Origin: an uncultured virus (IMG/VR IMGVR_UViG_3300015608_003726)
Taxonomy: Duplodnaviria > Heunggongvirae > Uroviricota > Caudoviricetes
Length of the DNA stretch: 64,000 bases
Reading direction: 5' to 3' (one strand)
Virus record (IMG/VR): IMGVR_UViG_3300015608_003726
Position 1 is the first letter of the stretch. Every line of letters starts with the position of its first letter. The notes under the pieces are model-generated. The model worked only from the letters and a program-made list of their open reading frames with translations. It was not told the DNA's origin and made no database searches. Below are positions 1-10,537 of this stretch, piece after piece. The position numbers were made by a program, and so were the translations under genes.

Positions 1-984
1 TATATATGAATCAGATATTATCAAATTATCAACTTCTTTTGGACCTATGTATGAAATAGGATTTCCATACACTGTAACTCCAGAAGATTCAATATTATTA
101 ATAGATACAGATTTACATATAACTTTATACCTCAATCCATTAGAAAGATCTGTAATTTGAATAAATCTCTTTTCAAAACTTGCAGTATAAGTATTGTGCA
201 AAGATATTACATTACTATCGCTATCTAATTCGTAACAATAAAAAATATAATGAGAAACATTTTCTGATTGAGATTCCTTCCATATTATTTGCAACATAGA
301 ATCATTATTAAAAACTCTAATATTAGAAGGATCGCCGGGTACAGATACGTCTTCTGCTGTCATTTGAGAAACAACAGAAGAAAATGAACTACTATTTCCT
401 GTTTTGTCTATAGATTTTATTTTTATATAATATAAAGAATTTTGATCTAAATCATTTAATATATAATAATTTGTATCTGAAGAATCGTACAATGAATAAT
501 CTATATTATTCGTAGATAAATATATTTCATAATAATCAAAATCTATTTCAGAAGAACTATCCCATGACAAAGAAATTGAATCTGTCGTATACGATAAAAC
601 TCGAAGACCAGTTGGAGACAATGGAATATTTGTATCAACATAAGAAACAGTAGCAATATCAGAAAAAGGTCCTAAAGATCCTATGATATTTTTTCTTTTT
701 TTCATCCAAGCATAATATGTTTTATTATCAGAAAGAGACTCTTCTAAATAACCAAATGTTCTTGTGACAAACCTATCAACAATACCCATTCCTGAATTGC
801 ATCTTAAAACTAAAGATCCAGTATCTTCCAAATCCCAACCTTCAATCACTCCATCCCCAACTAAATCGCTAAGAAAAGCTAAGTGATTGTCAATAAGAGA
901 AAATCTTTTCCTGTCAATTGAAGCCGAATAATAATCCCCTCTAACAAACGCTTGTAAACCGAAATGCGGCGTACTAACAGGCAT
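1..984 (-). CDS. Tail-tip/baseplate-associated protein with FN3 domains; 3'-truncated by the window edge; absent from the ORF track
   Basis: Hand translation from the ATG at 984 (AAGGA RBS upstream): MPVSTPHFGLQAFVRGDYYSASIDRKRFSLIDNHLAFLSDLVGDGVIEGWD..., open to position 1. FN3-like segments: PLSPTGLRV..SISLSWD..YEIY..LDQNSLYYIKIKSID and PGDPSNIRV..LQIIWK..LSNGLRYKV. Confidence 0.85.
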   Translation of the reverse strand, partial: MPVSTPHFGLQAFVRGDYYSASIDRKRFSLIDNHLAFLSDLVGDGVIEGWDLEDTGSLVLRCNSGMGIVDRFVTRTFGYLEESLSDNKTYYAWMKKRKNIIGSLGPFSDIATVSYVDTNIPLSPTGLRVLSYTTDSISLSWDSSSEIDFDYYEIYLSTNNIDYSLYDSSDTNYYILNDLDQNSLYYIKIKSIDKTGNSSSFSSVVSQMTAEDVSVPGDPSNIRVFNNDSMLQIIWKESQSENVSHYIFYCYELDSDSNVISLHNTYTASFEKRFIQITDLSNGLRYKVICKSVSINNIESSGVTVYGNPISYIGPKEVDNLIISDSYI

Positions 985-994
985 AATCAATCCT

Positions 995-3900
995 TTACAT
1001 ATTTATTCTTACAAATTGACCGCTATCTAATTCAAACATAATAGCCATATTCTTAATTACTGGCACATTTTTATAAGGTCCGCAATATATATCTTCGTCA
1101 GTATTTTGAGATTTAAAAGTAAAAGAATTAGAATGATTTATAAATTCTTCTCCATTAAAAGCATCAATACTTAAGTAATACGTTTGAGATGAATCAAAAG
1201 AAGACAAAGACGGATTATAAGAAACATTAACTATATCATTTATATTTACATATATTCCATCGCTACTCATCTGCTCATCGTCTACGAACCATCCATAATT
1301 ATCATTTCCGCTATAAGCAGTATAAAAAAGATTCGTTCTTTCTTCGTCGGTATAGAATCTAACTCTAAAATTAAAATAAGAAGAAGAATTAGAATTTTTA
1401 AAATCAAAATCAACAGTATCTATAAAGCTTATTCCGCATGATTGTATAAATGAATTTGAATCCGAAAATACCTTCCATCCCGAACCGTCGTTATATTCTA
1501 TCTTTACAAAATAGTAAGTATTGCATTTTATTGGATTATCGCCAGTCGGTGTAAACGAAAAGTTTCCTTCTTTTCCGCTACCTATTTCTACTGAATTGTT
1601 TGTCCAATATTCTCCATTATAACTAAATCCTGCATACGAATCTTCTGTCGAAATAGAGTATATTTCAGAAGAAAAAAGATCTTCAAAAAATGAAATTCTA
1701 AATTTATAGTTTACATTTTCGCTAGAAGAATTAACGATAGACCAATCAATAGAATTATTCATCAAAACTGTATCATATGGACCATACTCTCCAAAATCTT
1801 CAGATATAGTTTCTCCTTTACTTGGAGTTAAAAATCTTATTCCTATTCTTAAATTATTGCCATCTTGAAATTCTTCTGTACTAAATATTCTATTTTCTTC
1901 TATTATTTGATAATCTCCAAAATCTGTAGAATTTGTGGTATTTATTCCAAAAACGATATCAGCAGCAACTGGAACTATTTTTTGACTTGTCAATATACCA
2001 GAAGAAATTCTACTTGGAAGAGAAAAGTTTGTCGTAAAAAAGTGTGTAGAATCGCTAGAAATAGACTTGATAACAACTTTTCTTAAAAGCGGGCTTGTAC
2101 CTCTAACTTTACTTGTCATAACTATTTTAAACTGTAGGTATTGCCCGCTTAAATAAGATATATCAGCAGGTAAATCGCTATAATCAAATACCGTACTAAA
2201 GGAAGACTCCAATAACTCATCTCTTGTAAGAGCTGTACGTATATATATTTTTAAACCAGTATTCTGAGGAACAAACGATTCTAAAGATATCTTATCCCAA
2301 CGAACTATATTATTTGTCCCATTAAAAATTTCACTATAATAAATCCCTGTTTCTTCATCTATTTTTTCTGCGGAATAAAAACGATCATTTCCATTATATA
2401 CAGATATCGTATTTCCAAATTCATCTACTTCTATTATCCTATTTTTATTCACAAAACCAATAAGATCATCAATACTTACAGAAACGTATAGATTAGGATC
2501 TAGTTTGGAACTATTATTATCAAGATACAAATTCGTTTCATTACCTGCATTATCTATTAGTTTTAAATAAACATTTCTTATGCTATCAAGTTTTTCTATC
2601 TTATAAATAGCAGAAGAGGAGCAAAACCAAACATTGCCATCTGGACCTTCTGATATCGATAGTATATCATCTTCATTAACATATTTAGATTGCCAAACTC
2701 CATCTAATATCATTAATGTATTACCTATTGATGCATATACATTTCCTGAAATATTTTTCATATCGTATACAGAATTGTTTATGGTTTTAAACGAATGCAT
2801 AAAAGAATTATTAGAAAGTTTATGTCTAAGTATTTTGCCAGATTCAGAAGTACCAGCAAAAACATAAGATACATCATTAACTACTCCATTAGCAATACTA
2901 ATGAATTTAGAATCTGAATCAACATGCATAATTTGCTGAGTCAGGTTAAAAGGATCTAGTCTCATTATCCTTCCTTCGTTTCCTGTTGCAGCAAACAAAA
3001 CTCCGCCTGAAGAACACAGGGCATAAATAGAATTACTAATTGATTCAAATATAGTATTGAATTTATTTCCTGAATATGATACTAAAACGCCCTGGTCTCC
3101 TCCGCATCCTATATATAATATTCCATTCAATACAGCGTAAGTATACGCATGTTTTACAGGCATTGAAGACATAACATTAAAAGACAAACCATCTGAAGAA
3201 GAATAAATTTTTCCAGTACCATTTTCGTCGCCTGTACCTACTATCATAACTCCATTATATGTTGTTATAAAATGAACTTGAGAAGTAGAGCTTTGATCCA
3301 AAACTGATCTTAAAGTCCATTCCTTAGAAGATGAATCATAACCATAAATTGATGCTCCATTTTTTGTGCCAGCAAATATTAAAGAGCTATTAGAGGATCT
3401 GTCCCATATACCCAAACAAGAACCGTTGTTATCAGCAAAAGTGAATTGTTTTGTAGCATTTTCAAAAATAATACCAAGATCATGATCATAAGAAACATTA
3501 AAAGGAACTGGATCTTGATATAATTCTCCATCAGAAGTAAAATTTGTAAAATTAGATATAATCATAGATCCTATTCCTGAAGTTTCATCAAATGGAGTAT
3601 AGGGATCTAGTTGTTCTATTGAAACCTTAATAGAAGTTCTGTCTATCTGCTCTTCAAATTTTATCTTACCTTTCGGAGGCTTTGTATCAAGAATAATCTT
3701 ATCAAAAGGAAGATTTTCTACTTGATCATTAATTTGTATATTATTTACATCTCCGCTTATAATTGAATATATTTTGTTACCATCAGATACGAGTTTTCCT
3801 GGTCTTATAGTTTTATAACCTTCTACTTTTTGATGAGCCATATTCTGTTTAAACGAAGCTATTTTTTGTATATCTAATCTTACATTAACTTTTACAATAT

Positions 3901-6900
3901 CATATTTATTAAGAGGGTAATTAAATTTTATTATTTGATATTTAGGAGAAAATGTATAACCATTTGTTATTCTATGTCCATTTAAATATACTTCATAAAA
4001 AGCATTTTCTGGTATTTCAACATCTTCAACTCCTACAAGATTAAAAGTACTCAAATCATCATTTTGAACTGAAGATATATTCATCATAGCATACATCTCT
4101 GGTCCATATTTTTCTATCTGTGTTTTTTCTGATTCAAATAAATCGTCTATGAAAGTTATTTGATAAATTTCATTCATTGAACACACATAAAGTAAATTAG
4201 GATCTTTCCATATAATAGATCTTGCGTTATTGAAATTGGGTATTTCGTTTTCTGATTTAGCAGGAACGGAAGCGGAAGCTACAGGAGCATTTATTGTGTC
4301 AAAATCAAGCCTTTCAATATTTACCCCTACCATCTTATCAACGCCAGAACTTGAAGCTATATATCGTATAGCCGTATTTCTTATAGCAATATCTAAAACC
4401 TTATTTGAAGACAAACCATTTCTTTGAGTAAAATTAATCAAACTCTTACTTGATCTTTGATATCTTGTTAATCCTCCATCAGAGCATATCCATACAATAT
4501 TATTAGCATCTATTTTTATAGAATTTATTTTATTATTCACCAGTCCAGAAGAGGTATCAATTATTTCTATAGAAGTAATATCCAAGTAACGTTTTTGATT
4601 ATAATTTTCAGAAGTGACAACTATTTTACTAACAATGTCATCTAAACTAAAAACCAAAACACCAAATTCGGTTCCTACATACAATAGATTATTAACACTT
4701 CTAGAGATACAAGAAATAATAGAAGGAATACTCGAATTGCGTATTTTCCAGAAATAGACGTAATCATTGCTTATAAATATTCCATCATCAGTACCCAATA
4801 TCATATTACCATTTTTATCAATAATAATATCATATATTACTCTGTCTTTAATACCTGAATCTTCGTTATCAAATACAAAAATTTCATTATTATTACTATT
4901 ATAATAAAACAAACCATTTTCTGTGCCTAAGTAACAATCTCCCTTGTTTCCAATTTTAAGACTATGTACATTTGTTATTGGCATATTTACAGTAGCAGAA
5001 GATATTAGATTAATATTAAAAGGAGGAACAGAGTCTTCCAAATAATATCCTATTTTTCTAACATTACAACTAATATTAATGTGATCCGAAAAATCTCCGA
5101 ATCTTATTTCTTTTCTTAAAGAATTAGAACTTACATTAAAATCTTTTTGCAAATAAGGATCTGAGTTATATTCATTAATTCCATTAATACTATAATCATA
5201 AGTAAATGTATGATCAAAAACCGCATCATTAATACAAGTAAATATTTTATACCCTTCGATTTGACCTAAAGATATATCTGACATTTCAGATTCATAAAGA
5301 ATATGCATATTACCAGAATATTTTCTTGGAATAGAAGGTCTATGTCCTGTTCTGTTATCTTCAGACTGAATCCTTACATCAAATCCGCCGAAAGAAACAC
5401 CCAAACGAGAAGACAATTGATTAGAGCTTTCCCAAACCTGAACTGAAGTATTATATCTCAAAAGATATATAGATGAATTTTTCTCGTAAAAATCCTGATC
5501 TTCTATGTATGGCACATAAGGATTAACAAATCTATCCTGTTCTTTCTGAAAAACTACATATAAATAACCAGAATCTTCGTGTATAGATGCGCAAGGGAAT
5601 TTTGAATCGTACTCTCCTGCAGTTAATTGAATTGCGTCTCCTGAAACAGTAAGAGAAGAGTTGTATCTTCTTGCAAATAGTTGATAATTATTATCAACTA
5701 TGTCATGATAAACTACAAACAATCTTCCTCTGTTATCGCATATAAGATCAGAATAATCTGCTCTAGCAGACGATGATAATGATACAGGAATGTCAAAATG
5801 AGACTGTCCGCTACTAAACCATTCTTTAGAAATATTATTATAATAAGAAACAAATATACCGCTTGTGCCATCCTGTCTTACATCTGTCCAGCAAACATAA
5901 ACATTTAAACCAAAAACGCAAATAGAAGGATGCTTAGCTCCTACGGATACATTCGTAATCTGAATATCTGAATAACCAGCAGCCGAAGATATCCACTGTC
6001 CGTCAGAAGAATTCCTTTTGCAATAAAATATTTGCGAAGATCCATTCCTATAATCTTCCCATACAACATGAATATTACCAATATTATCTGATGCTATTTT
6101 TGGATTTATTGAATGTCCTAAACTATTGGTTAAAACAACATAATCAGACCATCCAAAATCATTTTTGTATATAACATGTATATCTGAATAATCTGTTTGG
6201 TAACTTTCATAAACAACATATATTCTATCATTATAGTCTACGCATATATCAGGATTAGATGAGCCAAATACATCTGAAACTATGATCTCAGGATCTGACC
6301 ATTTATCAGAAGAAGAGATATAATAAGAATACATTATTTGTCTTCTTCCGTTTACTCCATCATCATGCCATACAGCGTGAATGTCTCCATTACTTAACTG
6401 ACATACTGACGGTCTACCAGAATTACTTTGAGAAGTTGATTTAGATGAAAGTTTAGATTCTATAATGAGACTAAAATATTGTTCTTCTTCCTTTTTTGCA
6501 TATATTTTTAAAGATTGTTTTTTACCTATAATTCTAAATCTAGAAAAAGTTGTATTATCATATATTAATGATTTTTTTGATTCCTTAAGATAAATTTCTT
6601 GAGGAAGAAATACAATAGATTCAAAATATGTTCCATCATTAATATACAAACCAAGACCTTCTGGACTGTCTGTATCCGATGGAGAAAATCCATCTTGAAC
6701 TTCATTTATATTAAACTCAAAATCTACAGTCCATCCATCATTATTATTAACCTTATCAAACCAAGTTGTACCTGGTTTTCTGTGAGTATAAAAACATTTT
6801 CCTCCAGAAACGTATGTATATGGATTGGTATCGAAAATATCGTCATTTATTGTTGAATAAAAAATAACGCTAGGAAAAACAAGACTAGAAGATACAGAAT

Positions 6901-9442
6901 TTACTGAAGAAGCAGGATGGTCTCCTAACCCATTAACTACTTCAGCTGTTAAATAATATTTTACATCATATTCTTCTGTATTATTAATAGATTCGCACAA
7001 TTCAAAAATAGACACAGTATTTAAATCTATATTTATAATTTCAGTAGCATCATTTTCTGAACCGCCATAGGAAACAACTTTTAATATAAAATTACCATTA
7101 TTTATATATACATAGTAATCATATGTATATTCGCTTTGATAATTATATCTTACAATAAAAGAAGGATAGGAAGAGGTTGTAGAATTTACAGTAACATTAT
7201 CTATACTTCCTATATTAGAATATGATGTATTTATAACAAGACCGCTTTGTTCGAATTTGGACGATTCAAATTTGGTAGTTTGTATCTTTTCCCAAAAATC
7301 TAAAGACGGATCTCTTGCATCTGCAAAAGAACTTTCAACATCATATTTAGTTATATTATAACTATTATAAATACTAGCTCCTCCTGCATAACCAAAAGCA
7401 ACGCAAGATTGATCTGTAGATATAGATGAACTATATATTTTAGATTTATAATTATCAACGTTTTCGGTAGAAGCAAGTATTGGTTTAGTTTTTTCAGAAA
7501 TTTTATATACGAAACCGCTATCCTTAACATTTATAGGATTAATAGAAACTGCAACATCTCCGTCATAATCAGAAAAACCATCTACGCTATGACCGTTGAT
7601 TTTTACGTATTCCGTAAAAACTATATTATCCAATTCGTCAGAAGAATCAGGATAATAACTATCCTTTGTAGTATAATATATGTATTTAATATATCCATAT
7701 GTACTAGAATTATCATTGTGACCGTATTCTATATATTTAGAATAAGAAACTATATTAAACAAAGAAGAACCATCAATAACTATTTGATTATTAACATATA
7801 TTTTTATGTCGTTATTTTTTCCGCATATTATAATATTATTGAAAACTGATAAATCGCAATAATATGTTTTAGAAACTCCAGAAGTAGATAATAATTCTAT
7901 TTTATTACTATAAAATCTTATTTGAGAAAAACGAGATCCATCAGCTATTGAAAGGTAATGAAAGCCATCTCCATCTATCTTTAAAGAAGTTAAAATAGTC
8001 CAGCCATTAGAATTGTTAACATATTCATTCCATCTGTTACCGTTTACTCTAAAATGGCTAGTATATCCATTTTCAAATATATCAACAGAATCACTAGAAT
8101 ACACAGTAACATAGTAATCAATGCCTTTTTCAATAACATTATCTGGTATAACAAATTTTTCTTCGAAAGTCTCAATAACAGAAGAGAATACATCGCTTCC
8201 TCCAGGAGTTAATCCTACATCTATTTTCGCATATTTTGCTAACCTCTTAAATGGCTCAATAACATTCCATTCAATAACAGGATTCACAGTACTAACATTA
8301 ATATTATCTGACTGACCATCTATTCTTACATGAGAAATTCTAAATCCAGCATCTCCTATAACCCTAACAGGAGAAGTTAATGTTTCTCCATAAAACATAC
8401 CATCGCTAGGCTGAATGGTATAAAAAACCTCATCTCCTGGCTTTAAAGCAAGTTTTACGCATTTAGAATCTGAAGCATTTTCTATAACAAAACCGTTAAC
8501 GTACCAATTAATTTTACTTTTATCGTTAATAAGTTGTATATTGTTTTCTTCATCCATTATATTATAAGATGCTTCTAGTATATCTTGATCAGTAGCGTAT
8601 TTTGGTAAAATATCAAGTTCTGATGCTACTGGTGATTTTTTAGAAATTTTAACCGAGTCTGTAACAAAAACAGGACCGTTTTCAATGCTGTCATATGGAG
8701 TTATTTCAGCAAACCAAACATCTAAATATCTCATATATGATTTAGAAATATAGTCATAATTATCAAAATAAGATTGATGCTCTCCATTTTTATACCATCT
8801 TATTTTAGCAAAAGACAAATCATTTGATAATTCATATGTTAACTCTAAATCAGAATTTAACCCAGGATTTTCAGGATATATACTAGCTCTTATTACCTTA
8901 GTTTGATTGTTAACATAAAAAGAAAATGTTTTCCATTCGCTTAAATTATTTGTATTATCTTTTAATCTAATTTGTCCATAATATTTAGTTCCTCTTGATA
9001 GATATTTTTCTTTAAAAGACCAAAAAGAAGAAGAATTTCTAGTAAAAGGTTGCCTATAAACATTAGACATATAATTAGAATTACCCCAGTTAACAGTATG
9101 ATTCCCTATTCTTACTTCATACCACATCTGTCTTATAGAGCTATTTATTGTTCTATAAGACCAATTTAAAATACAAGGTCCAAATGGTATATTAATTGAT
9201 TCGTTACTGTATTTAACGTTATTAACAGAAACGTAGTCTATATTTATATTATATTCTTTTTTATTAGAATTTACCGAAATGCCAATATCATTCGATCCGC
9301 CACCTGAACCACCAGAACCGCTAGATCCGCCAGAACCACCAGATCCGCCTGGATTTATATCAAATCCTCCTGAAAACGGATCAGAAAAACCGCCACCAGA
9401 ATTAGAACCAGTTCCGCCACCTACAGATACGCCACTAGGCAT
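995..9442 (-). CDS. Giant (2815 aa) multidomain virion/tail-tip protein: Gly/Ser N-terminus, Ig-like repeats, two lectin-like domains, several beta-propellers
   Basis: Long ORF. Propeller blades (P.I..D..G.IHVVW.D; I..I.ID.N...W..T..G), Ig-like repeats (RWYKNG..; NWYVNG..), and position downstream of the tape measure and hub genes. Confidence 0.75.
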   Translation of the reverse strand: MPSGVSVGGGTGSNSGGGFSDPFSGGFDINPGGSGGSGGSSGSGGSGGGSNDIGISVNSNKKEYNINIDYVSVNNVKYSNESINIPFGPCILNWSYRTINSSIRQMWYEVRIGNHTVNWGNSNYMSNVYRQPFTRNSSSFWSFKEKYLSRGTKYYGQIRLKDNTNNLSEWKTFSFYVNNQTKVIRASIYPENPGLNSDLELTYELSNDLSFAKIRWYKNGEHQSYFDNYDYISKSYMRYLDVWFAEITPYDSIENGPVFVTDSVKISKKSPVASELDILPKYATDQDILEASYNIMDEENNIQLINDKSKINWYVNGFVIENASDSKCVKLALKPGDEVFYTIQPSDGMFYGETLTSPVRVIGDAGFRISHVRIDGQSDNINVSTVNPVIEWNVIEPFKRLAKYAKIDVGLTPGGSDVFSSVIETFEEKFVIPDNVIEKGIDYYVTVYSSDSVDIFENGYTSHFRVNGNRWNEYVNNSNGWTILTSLKIDGDGFHYLSIADGSRFSQIRFYSNKIELLSTSGVSKTYYCDLSVFNNIIICGKNNDIKIYVNNQIVIDGSSLFNIVSYSKYIEYGHNDNSSTYGYIKYIYYTTKDSYYPDSSDELDNIVFTEYVKINGHSVDGFSDYDGDVAVSINPINVKDSGFVYKISEKTKPILASTENVDNYKSKIYSSSISTDQSCVAFGYAGGASIYNSYNITKYDVESSFADARDPSLDFWEKIQTTKFESSKFEQSGLVINTSYSNIGSIDNVTVNSTTSSYPSFIVRYNYQSEYTYDYYVYINNGNFILKVVSYGGSENDATEIINIDLNTVSIFELCESINNTEEYDVKYYLTAEVVNGLGDHPASSVNSVSSSLVFPSVIFYSTINDDIFDTNPYTYVSGGKCFYTHRKPGTTWFDKVNNNDGWTVDFEFNINEVQDGFSPSDTDSPEGLGLYINDGTYFESIVFLPQEIYLKESKKSLIYDNTTFSRFRIIGKKQSLKIYAKKEEEQYFSLIIESKLSSKSTSQSNSGRPSVCQLSNGDIHAVWHDDGVNGRRQIMYSYYISSSDKWSDPEIIVSDVFGSSNPDICVDYNDRIYVVYESYQTDYSDIHVIYKNDFGWSDYVVLTNSLGHSINPKIASDNIGNIHVVWEDYRNGSSQIFYCKRNSSDGQWISSAAGYSDIQITNVSVGAKHPSICVFGLNVYVCWTDVRQDGTSGIFVSYYNNISKEWFSSGQSHFDIPVSLSSSARADYSDLICDNRGRLFVVYHDIVDNNYQLFARRYNSSLTVSGDAIQLTAGEYDSKFPCASIHEDSGYLYVVFQKEQDRFVNPYVPYIEDQDFYEKNSSIYLLRYNTSVQVWESSNQLSSRLGVSFGGFDVRIQSEDNRTGHRPSIPRKYSGNMHILYESEMSDISLGQIEGYKIFTCINDAVFDHTFTYDYSINGINEYNSDPYLQKDFNVSSNSLRKEIRFGDFSDHINISCNVRKIGYYLEDSVPPFNINLISSATVNMPITNVHSLKIGNKGDCYLGTENGLFYYNSNNNEIFVFDNEDSGIKDRVIYDIIIDKNGNMILGTDDGIFISNDYVYFWKIRNSSIPSIISCISRSVNNLLYVGTEFGVLVFSLDDIVSKIVVTSENYNQKRYLDITSIEIIDTSSGLVNNKINSIKIDANNIVWICSDGGLTRYQRSSKSLINFTQRNGLSSNKVLDIAIRNTAIRYIASSSGVDKMVGVNIERLDFDTINAPVASASVPAKSENEIPNFNNARSIIWKDPNLLYVCSMNEIYQITFIDDLFESEKTQIEKYGPEMYAMMNISSVQNDDLSTFNLVGVEDVEIPENAFYEVYLNGHRITNGYTFSPKYQIIKFNYPLNKYDIVKVNVRLDIQKIASFKQNMAHQKVEGYKTIRPGKLVSDGNKIYSIISGDVNNIQINDQVENLPFDKIILDTKPPKGKIKFEEQIDRTSIKVSIEQLDPYTPFDETSGIGSMIISNFTNFTSDGELYQDPVPFNVSYDHDLGIIFENATKQFTFADNNGSCLGIWDRSSNSSLIFAGTKNGASIYGYDSSSKEWTLRSVLDQSSTSQVHFITTYNGVMIVGTGDENGTGKIYSSSDGLSFNVMSSMPVKHAYTYAVLNGILYIGCGGDQGVLVSYSGNKFNTIFESISNSIYALCSSGGVLFAATGNEGRIMRLDPFNLTQQIMHVDSDSKFISIANGVVNDVSYVFAGTSESGKILRHKLSNNSFMHSFKTINNSVYDMKNISGNVYASIGNTLMILDGVWQSKYVNEDDILSISEGPDGNVWFCSSSAIYKIEKLDSIRNVYLKLIDNAGNETNLYLDNNSSKLDPNLYVSVSIDDLIGFVNKNRIIEVDEFGNTISVYNGNDRFYSAEKIDEETGIYYSEIFNGTNNIVRWDKISLESFVPQNTGLKIYIRTALTRDELLESSFSTVFDYSDLPADISYLSGQYLQFKIVMTSKVRGTSPLLRKVVIKSISSDSTHFFTTNFSLPSRISSGILTSQKIVPVAADIVFGINTTNSTDFGDYQIIEENRIFSTEEFQDGNNLRIGIRFLTPSKGETISEDFGEYGPYDTVLMNNSIDWSIVNSSSENVNYKFRISFFEDLFSSEIYSISTEDSYAGFSYNGEYWTNNSVEIGSGKEGNFSFTPTGDNPIKCNTYYFVKIEYNDGSGWKVFSDSNSFIQSCGISFIDTVDFDFKNSNSSSYFNFRVRFYTDEERTNLFYTAYSGNDNYGWFVDDEQMSSDGIYVNINDIVNVSYNPSLSSFDSSQTYYLSIDAFNGEEFINHSNSFTFKSQNTDEDIYCGPYKNVPVIKNMAIMFELDSGQFVRINM
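9290..9440 (-). repeat. Low-complexity Gly/Ser coding repeat (GGSGGSGGSSGSGGSGGGS)
   Basis: Imperfect 9-bp units such as ccagatccg, ccagaaccg and ccagaacca on the + strand. Confidence 0.8.
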
Positions 9443-9452
9443 AATTCACCTT

Positions 9453-10535
9453 TTATTTAATTTGTATATTAGATTTGGAAAGACGTAACGCTCCTTCGTC
9501 AAAACTAATAACAGAATCTTTAGATAATACACTTTTGTTAATATAATATTTTTCTTCTGAAACAGAAAAATCCCTACGAGATTCCCATATAGATCTACAA
9601 CCTCTCATAATCATTCCATCATTTCTTCCAACATAAATATAATTACCATTCGAAAATATAGAAGTTATTTCTAAAGAAGTAGGATCATCAAAACCGAATA
9701 CATAATTATTTTCTCTTCTCCATAACAACGATTCTTGTGTAGAATATAAAGATCCATTATTAATATGACTGGCTATTATATATTTATCGGTTATAAATTC
9801 ATTTAAAAAAATAAGTTCATCTATAAGAGAAGAGCTGTTTCTTAGCAATGAGTTTTTACCTATAGCAGATCTATTAAAAGATAGATACACATCAGAAGAA
9901 AGACTAATACTATCCGTAATTGATCCGTATTTTAATTCAAGATTTTTCTCTATTCCATCTATGAAAACTTTTACTTGTTTACTACTTCCGCTATATGAAA
10001 TCCAAAAATAATGCAAAATATCGCAATCATAAGGCTCTGTATATAATATAAATTCATTATCATCTTCATCCATAAAATGAACAATAAGAATGTTTTGATT
10101 TTCGTCTCTACTTTCTTCATAAAAACAAAAACTACCAGAAGACATACTAATTAATCCTGAAGAAGAAGAATAAGAAAGATTCGCCTTATCAAACAGAGAT
10201 GACCTATAATATACTTTTTCTCCGCTCAAAGAATCAACTGAAGGCAATATGTTTCTAGGATTCATCCAGAAACCTACAGATAAACTAGAGTTTCTTTTAA
10301 TATTTAAAGGAAACTCAAATGAAGCATTTGGTCTAAACCTACAACCATTACCAAAAGAAGAATTTTCAATAATGGGAGAAATAGTTCCTGTATTATTTAC
10401 AAAATTAGAAGAAATTTCCTCTATAAAAGGTAGATTTTCAAATCTAAAATATCCTAAAACAGTAATTCTGTTCTTGCTTAAAGCTACAGAATTCCCATCA
10501 ACAATAACGGTTTTTCCAGTTATAAAATTAGACAT
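9453..10535 (-). CDS. LamG/concanavalin-A-like domain virion protein
   Basis: SLSVGFWMNP, HYFWISYSG..VKVFIDG and LIDELIF match the LamG-like jelly-roll pattern. Confidence 0.65.
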   Translation of the reverse strand: MSNFITGKTVIVDGNSVALSKNRITVLGYFRFENLPFIEEISSNFVNNTGTISPIIENSSFGNGCRFRPNASFEFPLNIKRNSSLSVGFWMNPRNILPSVDSLSGEKVYYRSSLFDKANLSYSSSSGLISMSSGSFCFYEESRDENQNILIVHFMDEDDNEFILYTEPYDCDILHYFWISYSGSSKQVKVFIDGIEKNLELKYGSITDSISLSSDVYLSFNRSAIGKNSLLRNSSSLIDELIFLNEFITDKYIIASHINNGSLYSTQESLLWRRENNYVFGFDDPTSLEITSIFSNGNYIYVGRNDGMIMRGCRSIWESRRDFSVSEEKYYINKSVLSKDSVISFDEGALRLSKSNIQIK

Positions 10536-10537
10536 AT

